Shown here in pieces: positions 1 through 12,191 of a stretch of DNA of 64,000 nt. Where the stretch lies: contig CAWFFU010000011.1 of NCBI GenBank assembly GCA_963815215.1, forward strand, positions 384,001-448,000, in the 5' to 3' direction. Source of the stretch: an uncultured Trueperaceae bacterium (GTDB taxonomy: Bacteria > Deinococcota > Deinococci > Deinococcales > Trueperaceae). Under the pieces are notes generated by a model that was not told where the DNA came from, made no database searches, and saw only the letters and a list, made by a program, of their open reading frames with translations. How positions within the stretch are numbered: position 1 is the first letter of the stretch; every line of letters starts with the position of its first letter. Both the position numbers and the translations under genes were made by a program.

Positions 1-966
1 TATGAGGAGCTCGGCGCCGAGTGGTACCGCGGCACGGCGGACGCTATCTACCAGAACCTCCACCTCATCGACAACAACAACGCCGATCTGGTGGCGATCT
101 TCAGCGGCGATCACATCTACAAGATGGACATCAGCCACATGATCGAGTACCACCTCGAGCACGAGGCCGACGTCACCATCGCCGCCTACCCCACCCCGGT
201 CGCCGACGGCCGCCGCTTCGGCGTGCTGCAGGTCGACGAGGACTGGCGCATCCAGGAGTTCCAGGAGAAGCCTCAGAGCCCCAACCCCATCCCCGGCCGT
301 GCTACGCACTGTCTGGCCAGCATGGGCAACTACATCTTCTCGGTCGAGAAGCTGGTCGAGCTGCTCAACCGTGACGCCGCCGACCCCGGGAGCGAGCACG
401 ACTTCGGCAAGAACGTGCTGCCCATGGCGCTCCAGGAGGACTACCGGCTGTTCGCATACGACTTCGCGCGCAACCCCATCCCCGGCCAGGAGGGCCCCAA
501 CACCTACTGGCGCGACGTGGGGACGCTCGACAGCTATTGGGAGGCCAGCATGGACCTGGTCGACATCGAGCCGGAGTTCGACCTGTTCAACGACGAGTGG
601 CCACTCAGGACGTCGGCCGAGTTCTCGCCGCCCGCCAAGTTCGTCCACGAAGAGTCGGGCAGGACCGGCCGCGCCCTGAACTCGCTGGTCGCCGGAGGCG
701 TCATCCTCTCCGGCTGCACCGTCCGCCACTCGCTGCTGGCGCGCAGGGTGCGCGTGCACTCCTACAGCATCGTGGAGAACTCGGTGCTGTTCGACGACGT
801 CGAGATCGGCGGGGGTTGCGTGGTCCGCAACGCCATCATCGACAAGAACGTCACGATACCCCCCGGAACGCAGATCGGCGTCGATGCCGACGAGGACCGC
901 GCCCGGGGCTTCACGGTGACGGAGAAGGGGATCGTGGCGGTGCCGAAGAGCTACAGCTTCCACTGA
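1..966 (+). CDS. glgC: Glucose-1-phosphate adenylyltransferase (5'-partial)
   Basis: The frame is open from base 1: [48 protein letters not shown], and a C-terminal beta-helix. Confidence 0.96.
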   Translation, partial: YEELGAEWYRGTADAIYQNLHLIDNNNADLVAIFSGDHIYKMDISHMIEYHLEHEADVTIAAYPTPVADGRRFGVLQVDEDWRIQEFQEKPQSPNPIPGRATHCLASMGNYIFSVEKLVELLNRDAADPGSEHDFGKNVLPMALQEDYRLFAYDFARNPIPGQEGPNTYWRDVGTLDSYWEASMDLVDIEPEFDLFNDEWPLRTSAEFSPPAKFVHEESGRTGRALNSLVAGGVILSGCTVRHSLLARRVRVHSYSIVENSVLFDDVEIGGGCVVRNAIIDKNVTIPPGTQIGVDADEDRARGFTVTEKGIVAVPKSYSFH

Positions 967-1105
967 GCGACCACCCTGCCGACGACCGCGGGCGTGATGG
1001 CGGAGAGGGGCCCGGGAGATGGTCCCATGGCTTACAGCCGCGCTTCGCGCGAGGGTGCTACCCTTGTTTGACTAGCGCCGCGCACGCCACGCGCGGCCCT
1101 TACCC

Positions 1106-3139
<2,034 letters not shown>

Positions 3140-3283
3140 CGCCCGGCGTCCGGTCACGGCGCGGCCGCCGAACGTTCACCTCACGCACCGACGAGCGCGG
3201 GCGCCTCTTCCAGGGGTGCCCGCGCTTCCTCATCCGACGCGCGGTATCATCGACCGCGGGCCGAACCCTGGGAGTGCCGAAAC

Positions 3284-4936
3284 GTGTCGTTGCTGGACGG
3301 GAAATACGAGATCATCAGCCAGACTACGGTCGGACAGGGCCGAACCCTCATCGAGGCCACGGCACCTGACGGGACCCTCGTGCGCATCGAGTGGTTCGAG
3401 CTCGAGCCCGTCAAGGAACAGGCCTTCGAACGCTACCGGCGCGTCCTGAAACGCCTCAAGCGCGATGGCAAGGCCGCCGTCTACGACATCATCTCCCGCC
3501 CCGGCGCGCACTACGTGGCGTGGGAGCGGGCCGACGACGGGCTGGCCCGCGCCCACGACGCCGACATCGACGCCGCCTTGCAGGAGAACGGCTTCGACGT
3601 CGCCTCTGCCGACGTCCGGCGCAGTGGGCGCAGCACGCGCCTGTACGGCCTCACCTGGGACGGCGGCGCCCCGGTGCAGCAGCACCGGGTGGATCCCGAG
3701 CCGGCGCCGCGCCGGCTTCCGGGGCGCCCGCTCGTTCCCGAGCGATTCGCCCCCTGGGGCCTGACGCTGATCCTGCTGGTGGCGTCGCTCGCGTTGCTGG
3801 GGGGCGGCTTCCTGCGCCGCACGAACGGCCGCACCGTGCAGGTTCCCGACGTGGTCGGGCAGGACGTCAACGACGCCCAGCGCGTGCTGGCACGGCTCGA
3901 GCTCAAGCCCAATCCCACCCCGCTGGAGTCGACGAGCGCGGCGGGCACGGTGCTCTCGGTGCAGCCCTCGGCCGGAACGGAGTTGCGCCCCGGGCGCACG
4001 GTGCAACTCAGCTACGCCCTCCCGCAGGGGCAGCTCGCCAGCACGCAGGTCCCGCAACTGGTGGGCCAGAGCTACCCGGATCAGGTGACGACCACCCTGC
4101 AGCAGGCAGGGCTCGACCTCGGCACCATCGCCCGCATCCATGCCCCCACCCCGGCCGGCGTGGTGCTGGCCCAGTCCGCCCCGAGCGGCTCGAAGCTGGC
4201 GAAGGCGCAGCCCGTGGACGTGCTGGTCAGTCTGGGACCGATCCAGCAGCAGACCTTCCTGCCGAACCTGGTGGGCCTGTCGATCGACGACGCCCGCTAC
4301 CTGGCGGGCGTGGCCGGCCTCTCGCCCGACCAGATCCTGGAGGACGACGTCAACGCACCGGACGGCTATCCGGGGGAGGTCCTGAGCCAGTCGCTGGCGC
4401 CCTACCTGTCCGAGCCCGTCAACGAGTCGATCCTGCGGCTGGTGGTGCAGCAGGGGGCCCCAACGGGCGGACAGAAGGCGGCGAGCGTGCCTTCGGTCGT
4501 CGGCATGCCCCTCGAGCAGGCTCAGACGGCGGCGGCCGGCTATACCATCTCCACGACCACCGTCGAGTCGCCGCTGCTCCCCGAAGGCGTGGTGCTGCAG
4601 GCGCCGGCGCCGGGCGCCGACCCCGGCAACCACACGCTGGCGCTGACGGTCAACGTGCATCCCGTTCCGCTCGCGGCTCCCGGTGCGTTCGCCACGGTCA
4701 AGCAGCCGTCGTTGCGGCACGTCCCGTACGCCTGGACGATCCAGCCCGGCATCGGCCAGCAGGTCGCGATGGTCTACGCCCGACCCCTCAACGGCCAGCG
4801 CACGCTGGTCGACCGCGCCACGGTGCGGGGCGGCGAGCTTCTGCAGGGCACATGGCTGACCACCTATCCGGGGCCCGTCACCTTCACCCTGGAGCTCAAC
4901 GGTCAACCCTACGGCTCCCCCCTGTTCGTTCCCTGA
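3284..4936 (+). CDS. Membrane-anchored PASTA-domain protein with degenerate kinase-like N-terminus
   Basis: One TM segment followed by about 4 PASTA-like units (VPDVVGQ, VPQLVGQ, LPNLVGL, VPSVVGM). The N-terminus LLDGKYEII resembles a PknB start. Confidence 0.8.
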   Translation: MSLLDGKYEIISQTTVGQGRTLIEATAPDGTLVRIEWFELEPVKEQAFERYRRVLKRLKRDGKAAVYDIISRPGAHYVAWERADDGLARAHDADIDAALQENGFDVASADVRRSGRSTRLYGLTWDGGAPVQQHRVDPEPAPRRLPGRPLVPERFAPWGLTLILLVASLALLGGGFLRRTNGRTVQVPDVVGQDVNDAQRVLARLELKPNPTPLESTSAAGTVLSVQPSAGTELRPGRTVQLSYALPQGQLASTQVPQLVGQSYPDQVTTTLQQAGLDLGTIARIHAPTPAGVVLAQSAPSGSKLAKAQPVDVLVSLGPIQQQTFLPNLVGLSIDDARYLAGVAGLSPDQILEDDVNAPDGYPGEVLSQSLAPYLSEPVNESILRLVVQQGAPTGGQKAASVPSVVGMPLEQAQTAAAGYTISTTTVESPLLPEGVVLQAPAPGADPGNHTLALTVNVHPVPLAAPGAFATVKQPSLRHVPYAWTIQPGIGQQVAMVYARPLNGQRTLVDRATVRGGELLQGTWLTTYPGPVTFTLELNGQPYGSPLFVP

Positions 4937-5221
4937 GTCACCGGAGCGGGCGCCACTGTCACCCGGAACGCCCTTCGGCCGGCGCTGGACGCGGTAGAGT
5001 GTCGGCCGGCTCTGTGCCTTGCGGGTGCACCGCCCTCCCGGCCGCCCTCGTCGCTCGGTGGGGTGGGCCGCCATCGCCGTCGCCGCGCCGCCACTGCGAC
5101 CTTCGTCGCACGCCGGCCTAGGACGGCGCGACGAGGCCCTTCGCTCCGCACGGCCGTCATCCTGGGGAGGATGTTCGGCTGGCCCTTGGCCCGCACTCGC
5201 TCGACGCCTCCGGAGGGGAAC

Positions 5222-6985
5222 GTGCTGCAGACCATCCGTGACCTCTCGCGCTATGTGCGCCGTCACAAACGCGCCTACCTCGTCGGCGTGGCGATGATGG
5301 TCGTCAACGCGTTCTTCGCGACGCTCGCGCCCATCATCCCCGGCATGGCGATCGACGCGCTCAAGCAGGGCACCATGACCCTGGACAGGGTCTGGGTCTA
5401 CGTGGCGGCGCTGTTGGGCACCGCGCTGGCCAGCAGCCTGGCCATGGTGCTGGTGCGGCGCAGCCTGCTGGCCGCCAGCTGGGAGATCCAGTTCGACGTT
5501 CGGCACGACCTGTTCCGACACTTCACGAGCCTCGACGGTGGCTACTACGACAATCACCGCGTCGGCGACCTGATGGCGCGTCTGACGGCCGACCTCAACG
5601 CGGTACGTATGTTGGTCGGCGTGGGCGCCTTCCAGGCCATCAACACGGTGCTGCTACTCAGCTTCACGCTCACCCGCATGGCCCGTCTCAGCCTGAACCT
5701 GACGCTGATGATGCTGGTGATCATGCCGCTCATCTCGCTGACCTTCTTCGTGTTCATGCGCATCATCCACCGCCGCTACCAGAAGGTGCAGGAGCAGTTC
5801 AGTGAGGTGTCGGCGATGGCGCAGGAGAACTTCGACGGGATGCGGGTCGTGAAGGGCTTCGGGATCGAACACCGACACCTGGATACCTTCGGGCGCCTCA
5901 ACGACGAATACATCCGCCGCTACCTGTCGCTGACGCGCATCGACGGTCCGCTCGACCCCCTCATGGAGACGCTGTTCGGCATCGCGGTGACGGTGCTCCT
6001 GCTGGTCGGAGGCCGATACGTTCTCGGCGTGGGCGGCAACCTCACCATCGGCCAGTTCTCCAGCTTCGTGTTCCTGTTCAACGGCGTCCAGTGGCCGCTC
6101 ATCGCGCTGGGATGGATCGCCAACCTGGCGCAACGCGGCTCCACCTCGTGGCACCGCCTGCGCGAAATCCTCGACAGCGAGCCCGCGATCCAGGACGGAC
6201 CGCACACCGACTACGGTCTGAGTCGCATCGAGGGCGAGATCGAGTTCCGGCACGTGAGCATCGCCTTCGACGGCGTGGCCGCGCTGGAGGACGTGAGCTT
6301 CCACGTGGCTGCCGGCGCGAGCATCGGCATCACCGGCCGCACCGGCGCAGGCAAGACGCTCATCGCCCGCCTGGTCGCGCGCCAGCTCGACCCCGACAGC
6401 GGCGAGATCCTGCTCGACGGCATCGACATCCGGCGCTACCCGGTGGCCGTCGTGCGACGCTTCATCGGGCTGGTCCCGCAGGAGCCCTTCCTGTTCAGCG
6501 ACACCATCGCCGAGAACATCGCCTACGGCGTTCCCGAGACCGACCTCACGAAGCTCCTGCCCGAGGTACGGCGCGCCGCCACGCTGGCGCAGCTCGACGG
6601 CGACATCGAGGACTTCCCGATGGGGTACGACACGCGCCTGGGCGAGCGCGGGGTCACGCTCTCCGGCGGACAGCGCCAGCGCACCGCCATCGCCCGCGCT
6701 ATCGTGCGCGATCCGCCCGTGCTGATCTTCGACGACGCCCTCTCCGCGGTCGACACGCAGACCGAGGCGCACATCCTCGAGGGCCTCGGCACGGTCCAGC
6801 GCGGACGCACCACGCTGATCGTGGCGCACCGCATCAGCGCCTTCCAGCACTCCCACCGGGTGATGGTGCTGGAGCAGGGCCGCGTCGCGGAAGAGGGGAC
6901 GCACGAGGAGTTGTTGGAGAAGGACGGCTGGTACGCCGACATGCACCGCCGCCAGCAGCTCGAAGCCGATCTGGAGGCCGCATGA
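5222..6985 (+). CDS. ABC exporter permease/ATP-binding subunit
   Basis: TM domain plus GRTGAGKT, LSGGQRQR and LIFDD. GTG start follows GGAGGGG. Confidence 0.93.
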   Translation: MLQTIRDLSRYVRRHKRAYLVGVAMMVVNAFFATLAPIIPGMAIDALKQGTMTLDRVWVYVAALLGTALASSLAMVLVRRSLLAASWEIQFDVRHDLFRHFTSLDGGYYDNHRVGDLMARLTADLNAVRMLVGVGAFQAINTVLLLSFTLTRMARLSLNLTLMMLVIMPLISLTFFVFMRIIHRRYQKVQEQFSEVSAMAQENFDGMRVVKGFGIEHRHLDTFGRLNDEYIRRYLSLTRIDGPLDPLMETLFGIAVTVLLLVGGRYVLGVGGNLTIGQFSSFVFLFNGVQWPLIALGWIANLAQRGSTSWHRLREILDSEPAIQDGPHTDYGLSRIEGEIEFRHVSIAFDGVAALEDVSFHVAAGASIGITGRTGAGKTLIARLVARQLDPDSGEILLDGIDIRRYPVAVVRRFIGLVPQEPFLFSDTIAENIAYGVPETDLTKLLPEVRRAATLAQLDGDIEDFPMGYDTRLGERGVTLSGGQRQRTAIARAIVRDPPVLIFDDALSAVDTQTEAHILEGLGTVQRGRTTLIVAHRISAFQHSHRVMVLEQGRVAEEGTHEELLEKDGWYADMHRRQQLEADLEAA

Positions 6986-8949
6986 TGGACGCCACCGAGC
7001 GCCGGGACGTCGCCCAGGCCGTCACCGACATGGACCTGCCCGACTACTCGGTCGAGCGGGCCAAGGACGAGTTCCGGCGCCTCCGTCGCAGCCGCCGCGG
7101 ACGCATGCGTGAGGAGAGCAAGCTCGACGAGGACGGCGAGGCCTTCGAGAAGTCGTTCGACTGGCAGATCATGGGGCGCTTGATGGCCTACCTCAAGCCC
7201 TACCGAGGCCAGCTCGCCGCCGCTATCGCCATGTTGCTGGCGTACAGCGCGATCACCCCCGCCTTCCCCACCCTGCTGGCGCAGGCCGTCGATCGCTACA
7301 TCGTGGCGGACAGAGCGCCCTACAGTGGCCTCAGCCTGGACCAGCGCCTGCACGGCCTGACCGTCATCGTGCTGCTCTACCTGGGCTTGCGGCTCGTCAA
7401 CTTCGGCCTCCGGTACGGCTACACCTACCTGGTGGAGTGGCTGGGGCAGCACATCATCTACGACATCCGACGCGAGATCTTCGGCAAGATCCAGCGGCTG
7501 CACATGGGCTTCTTCGACCGGACGCCGGTCGGTCGCCTCATCACCCGCATCACCAGCGACGTGGAGGCGGTGCAGACCATGATGACCGACGGCGTGGTGG
7601 GCCTGATCGCCGACGTCGGCATGGTGGTGGGACTGCTGGTGTACATGTTCAGCATCAACTGGCGGCTGGCGTTGATCACGCTGACGGTGATGCCCGTGCT
7701 GTTCCTGACACTCAACCTGCTCAGGCGCCGCATCCGCGACGCCTATCGGGCGGTGCGACTGCGCACCTCGCGCTCCAACGCCTATCTGGCGGAGAGCCTC
7801 GGCGGCATGCGCACGATCCAGCTGTTCAACCGCGAGGCGCGCAACCAGCGCAGCTTCGATCGCATCAACCTGGGGCTGCTAGACGCCTACGCCGAGCAGA
7901 TCCGCTGGTTCAGCTTGTTCTGGCCGACCGTGAACATCTTGTCGGCCGTGTCGACGGCGATGATCCTGTATTACGCGGCGCTGGAGATCGTCGGCCCCGG
8001 CCTCTCCAACACCGTCACCATCGGTGTGCTGGTCGCCTACATCCAGTTCTCCAACATGTTCTTCCGGCCCCTCCAGGACCTCTCGGACAAGTTCAACATC
8101 ATGCAGGCGGCGATGGCTTCGTCCGAACGCATCTTCGGACTGATCGACACACCCGAGAAGATCGCCAACCGGCCGGACGCCGTGCACTTCGAGACGACGT
8201 TCCAAGGAGAGCTGGCGTTCGATCACGTGCACTTCGCCTACAACGCTGAGGACTGGGTGCTGCGCGATGTCAGCTTCACCATCCGGCCGGGCGAGTCGGT
8301 GGCGTTCGTGGGTCACACCGGCGCCGGCAAGACCACCATCATCAGCCTCGTCAGCCGCTTCTATGACGTGCAGCGCGGAGCGGTGCGCATCGACGGCCGC
8401 GACGTGCGCGACTACGACCAGGTGGAACTGCGGCGGCACGTGGGCATCGTGCTACAGGACCCCTTCCTGTTCAGTGGCACGGTGCGCAGCAACATAACGC
8501 TGGGCGACGACAGCATCCCGCAGGAGCAGGTCGAGCAGGCGGCCCGCTTCGTCAACGCGCACGGCTTCATCACGCGTCTGCCGGGCGGCTACGACACCCC
8601 CGTGCGCGAGCGTGGGGCCGGCTTCTCCACCGGCCAGAAGCAGCTCATCGCCTTCGCGCGAGCGCTGGTGCAGAATCCGGACATCCTGCTGGTTCTCGAC
8701 GAGGCCACCGCCAACGTCGACACCGAGACCGAAGAGCTCATCCAGGACGCGCTTCGCAAGCTCATGCAGGGGCGCACCAGCATCATCATCGCCCACCGGC
8801 TCTCCACCATCCAGGACGTCGATCGCATCCTGGTGATGCGCAAAGGCAAGCTCATCGAGGAAGGCAGCCACGCCGAGCTGCTCAAGGAGGAAGGCTACTA
8901 CCGCCGGCTCTACGAGTTGCAGTTCCAGGAGCGCCCGGAACCCAGCTGA
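6982..8949 (+). CDS. ABC exporter permease/ATP-binding subunit (heterodimer partner)
   Basis: ATGA overlap with the upstream gene. Motifs GHTGAGKT, FSTGQKQL, LVLDEAT and IAHRLST. Confidence 0.93.
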   Translation: MMDATERRDVAQAVTDMDLPDYSVERAKDEFRRLRRSRRGRMREESKLDEDGEAFEKSFDWQIMGRLMAYLKPYRGQLAAAIAMLLAYSAITPAFPTLLAQAVDRYIVADRAPYSGLSLDQRLHGLTVIVLLYLGLRLVNFGLRYGYTYLVEWLGQHIIYDIRREIFGKIQRLHMGFFDRTPVGRLITRITSDVEAVQTMMTDGVVGLIADVGMVVGLLVYMFSINWRLALITLTVMPVLFLTLNLLRRRIRDAYRAVRLRTSRSNAYLAESLGGMRTIQLFNREARNQRSFDRINLGLLDAYAEQIRWFSLFWPTVNILSAVSTAMILYYAALEIVGPGLSNTVTIGVLVAYIQFSNMFFRPLQDLSDKFNIMQAAMASSERIFGLIDTPEKIANRPDAVHFETTFQGELAFDHVHFAYNAEDWVLRDVSFTIRPGESVAFVGHTGAGKTTIISLVSRFYDVQRGAVRIDGRDVRDYDQVELRRHVGIVLQDPFLFSGTVRSNITLGDDSIPQEQVEQAARFVNAHGFITRLPGGYDTPVRERGAGFSTGQKQLIAFARALVQNPDILLVLDEATANVDTETEELIQDALRKLMQGRTSIIIAHRLSTIQDVDRILVMRKGKLIEEGSHAELLKEEGYYRRLYELQFQERPEPS

Positions 8950-8960
8950 CGGCGCGCGGG

Positions 8961-9764
8961 CTAGAGACCCGCGAACAGGTCGTCGACGGGCGGCTCCGGG
9001 AAAGCCCCGCGGGCACCGCCCAGCGTGAACGTCTCGTACCCCAGGAACGCGCGCCACCCCTCGTCGCCGGCCGCTCGGCCCGCGAAGCTGGAGCGCGGTC
9101 CCACCTGGCTCCGATGCGCCCGGATGGCCCGCTCCTTGGCTTCGGCCCACGCCGAGACATCCAGTACCGCCGCGAACGACGCCTCGCTCACGCCGTAGAG
9201 ACCGGGATCGAGGCGCGCCATGGGACCGTCCGTCCGGCCCTCCTGCATCTGGCGCATACGCTCGGTCGACATGGCGTTGTAGAACAGGCGCCGGGGAGGG
9301 GCGTCCGTGACGCCGCCCGCCGACCAGAAGGCGGCGGTAGCGGCGCGCTGGATACGGATGTGGTCGATGTGGCCGTAGGCGCCATGCGGGTCGAAGGTGA
9401 GCATCACGCGGGGCCGCAGCTCGGCGATCCACGGTCGCAGCGCGGCCTCGAGATCGAACTCGTCGACGTTGAGCAGGGCCCTGGGGTCGTCGTAACGGGT
9501 CCGTTCGAACCGTCCCGAGTCGTGGTAGTCCAGGAAGATGGGCTCTGGGATGCCGAGCGCGCCGCAGGCCTCGCGCAGTTCGGCCTCGCGCAGCGTCCCG
9601 ACGTCGACGTCGGGGTCGATGGCGGGATCGGTGATCTTGCCCGACTCACCGCGCGTGGCACAGATGAGCCGGACGTCGACTCCCGCCGCGGCGTAGCGCG
9701 CGAGCGTGCCGCCGGTGCCGAACGCTTCGTCGTCGGGATGGGCGTAGACAGCAAGCAACGTCAT
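8961..9764 (-). CDS. PIG-L/LmbE family deacetylase
   Basis: AHPDDE, TRGE and YGHIDH motifs. Confidence 0.9.
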   Translation of the reverse strand: MTLLAVYAHPDDEAFGTGGTLARYAAAGVDVRLICATRGESGKITDPAIDPDVDVGTLREAELREACGALGIPEPIFLDYHDSGRFERTRYDDPRALLNVDEFDLEAALRPWIAELRPRVMLTFDPHGAYGHIDHIRIQRAATAAFWSAGGVTDAPPRRLFYNAMSTERMRQMQEGRTDGPMARLDPGLYGVSEASFAAVLDVSAWAEAKERAIRAHRSQVGPRSSFAGRAAGDEGWRAFLGYETFTLGGARGAFPEPPVDDLFAGL

Positions 9765-9916
9765 GGCCTCATCCTACGGCGTGGCCGTCCAGTGCCGCGT
9801 TCCAGGCGCGTCTCACAATCCTCACGCTACCTAAAGGCAGGACTCAGGGGTCGGCGCTATGTTGGGAGGTGCAGGGCAACGTCGTAACACCTCCTAGAGA
9901 CACGTGACCCCTCCAC

Positions 9917-9952
9917 GAAAGGCCGGACCGCCCTCTCCGGCCTTTCACTTTG
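9917..9952. terminator. Intrinsic terminator, probably bidirectional
   Basis: Perfect 11-bp stem GAAAGGCCGGA / TCCGGCCTTTC followed by ACTTTG. Confidence 0.7.
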
Positions 9953-9968
9953 CCGTCTCCAGCGCTCA

Positions 9969-10517
9969 CTACTGTTTCAGGACCTCGACACGGTAGAAGA
10001 AGGGAAGCTCTTGCCCGGGCTCCAACGGAGTGAGCAAGGTCCAGCGCACCGTGGTGTAGCTCGTCGGTTCCGCGACCTTGCGCGCGCCGCCGCTCCCGAC
10101 CAGGACGGGAGGCTTGGAGAAGCTCTTGCCTCCATCGGCGGAGAACTCCGTCAGCAGGCCGTCCGACGACGGGGTGGCGGAGTTGGGCACGAACTGCATC
10201 CCTGCGGGGACCGGGCTGGTGATCTGCACCACGCCTGCGGGCAGGGTGGTGTCCGACGTGTTCTTGGCGAACAGGCGGTACTCCACGATCTGGCCCGGCC
10301 GAGCGGTGTCGGCCGGCGTCAGCTTCTCGCCCTTCGATCCGTCGCTCTTCGTGACCTCGCTGACGACGTAGATCTCGGTACGGATCTGGACCGGATTGCT
10401 GGTCGCCGACGTGCCGGCGCCGGGCTGCGTGCCGGGGGCCTGCGCCAGCGCCGGGCCCAGCAGCAGGAGGGCGAACAGCGCGGCCCCGAGGAGGAGAGCT
10501 TGCCGTCGTGGTGTCAT
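9969..10517 (-). CDS. Secreted DUF11-like (conserved repeat/Ig-like) protein
   Basis: Signal peptide ending ALA-Q. Motifs ARPGQIVEYRL, PVPAGMQFVPNSA, FSADGG and YTTVRW. Confidence 0.75.
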   Translation of the reverse strand: MTPRRQALLLGAALFALLLLGPALAQAPGTQPGAGTSATSNPVQIRTEIYVVSEVTKSDGSKGEKLTPADTARPGQIVEYRLFAKNTSDTTLPAGVVQITSPVPAGMQFVPNSATPSSDGLLTEFSADGGKSFSKPPVLVGSGGARKVAEPTSYTTVRWTLLTPLEPGQELPFFYRVEVLKQ

Positions 10518-10590
10518 CGGCTCACCTTACCAGTGCTGCATGACGCCGTCTTGAAAGGTCTCTGAAGATTCGGTCAAGGGACGACGTCCG

Positions 10591-11718
10591 TCAGCGACTC
10601 TGTTCGGTCGATCCGGCCAGGCCGCCCCCGGGAGCGGCGCTCCCGCCCGGGGCCGTCCCCGCGAAGGTGACGTAGGGCTCGGCTTCGGCAACGCCGTTGC
10701 GGGCGGCCGCACGGAACCAACGCAGCGCCTGCTGGAAGTCCTGCGCCACGCCGGCACCGTGGAACAGCGCCAGCGCGTACTGGAACTGTGCCGGCCCGTA
10801 CCCCTCCTCCGCCGCCAGTTGGAACTGCCCTGCCGCCTGGCCGGGATCGCGCGGCACACCCATGCCTCGCTGGTACAACTCGCCGAGCGCCAGCTGGGCC
10901 TGCGGATAGCTCTGGTTCGCCGCCAACCGGTACCAGGCGGCGGCATCGTGGTTGCTCCAGGCACGGCCCTGGCCGTTCTCGGCCATGTACCCGAGCATGT
11001 ACTGAGCCCGTGGGTCGCCCGCCTGCGCCAGTGGCGTCCACAGGCGCCGCGCCTGCGCGAAGTCGCCGTCGTTGTACGCACGCATGCCGGCCGCCACGCT
11101 GGCGGCACTGGGCGAACGGCCCCCCTCCATCCCGTTGATGGCCTGGAGCGCCAGCAGCAGCAGCAGCGAGGCAGCGAAACCGATGAGCAGGTAGCCGCGA
11201 AGCCCGAGCCCGCGCGACGCCGGAGGCGTGACCGGGGTGCGCGTCGAGGGCGTCGCCCGAGGACCCTCGGGGGCACCCGGCCCGCGCTCGTCCCCGTTGG
11301 CGCTCCCCCGTCCCTGGGCAAGTTCGGCGATGTCGGGCTCCTCATGGGGCGACGGCACCCATCGTGTCGACGACAGGAACATCGTCGACGGGGTAGCGAC
11401 TTCGCCGCGCTCCCGGTCCGGCGCGACCTCGCTGGCGGGAGTGCGGAGCGAGCGACCCGAGAGGGCACGACCCGCGACGTCCCCGTTGGCAGCGGGGCGG
11501 ACCGACACCGCCACCCCCGCCTCCGCGAACGCACCCGCGATGAGGTTGGCCTTCTCCCGCAAGACCGGTTTGGTGACGGGGCCGACGCGCCCACTCAGCA
11601 GCTTGCGCAGGCGCGCAGGGTCCATGCCGAAGCGTCCGGCGATGATGGCGGCAACGTCCCCCACGCGATCGCCGGGAACTGGCTCCCTGACTTCGACCAC
11701 GAACCGGTTCTCTGGCAC
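10591..11718 (-). CDS. Sel1-repeat membrane protein
   Basis: Sel1 repeats AQYMLGYM, AQLALGELY and AQFQYALAL after a TM segment. GTG start follows GGGAGGGAG. Confidence 0.85.
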   Translation of the reverse strand: MPENRFVVEVREPVPGDRVGDVAAIIAGRFGMDPARLRKLLSGRVGPVTKPVLREKANLIAGAFAEAGVAVSVRPAANGDVAGRALSGRSLRTPASEVAPDRERGEVATPSTMFLSSTRWVPSPHEEPDIAELAQGRGSANGDERGPGAPEGPRATPSTRTPVTPPASRGLGLRGYLLIGFAASLLLLLALQAINGMEGGRSPSAASVAAGMRAYNDGDFAQARRLWTPLAQAGDPRAQYMLGYMAENGQGRAWSNHDAAAWYRLAANQSYPQAQLALGELYQRGMGVPRDPGQAAGQFQLAAEEGYGPAQFQYALALFHGAGVAQDFQQALRWFRAAARNGVAEAEPYVTFAGTAPGGSAAPGGGLAGSTEQSR

Positions 11719-11857
11719 AGCTCCCTCCCGCGACACCCACCATTGTACGCGCGGGTCGAGCACACCGGCGTTCGATTTCGCGCGCCGGACGCTATCGGGC
11801 TCCTCCCGGACGGAATGCCGCCATGCCACGGGACTCCGGTGCTATCGTTGGGCATCC

Positions 11858-12187
11858 ATGAAGCTACTCCTGACGATCGTTCAGGACGCCGACGCAGCGC
11901 GTCTGCAACAGGCCCTCATCGGGGAAGGCCTGCAGTCGACCAAGCTCGCCTCGACCGGCGGGTTCCTGCACGAGGGCAACACGACGCTGATCATCGGGGT
12001 CGAAGCGGACGCCGTAGAGAGCGTGAAGTCGATCATCGCCGCGAACTGCCGGGAGCGCACCAAGGTCACCAGCGCGTCCTCCCCGATCCACGCGCTGGAG
12101 GGCGTTTTCGCGAGCCAGCCGATGGAGGTGCCGGTAGGCGGTGCCATCGTCTTCGTGTTGAGCGTCGACGCGTTCGAGCGGATCTAG
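11858..12187 (+). CDS. darA: Cyclic-di-AMP receptor, PII-like (DarA/PstA/YaaQ)
   Basis: MKLLLTIVQDAD...TKLASTGGFLHEGNTTLIIGVE...VGGAIVFVLSVD signature. Confidence 0.9.
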   Translation: MKLLLTIVQDADAARLQQALIGEGLQSTKLASTGGFLHEGNTTLIIGVEADAVESVKSIIAANCRERTKVTSASSPIHALEGVFASQPMEVPVGGAIVFVLSVDAFERI

Positions 12188-12191
12188 CGTC

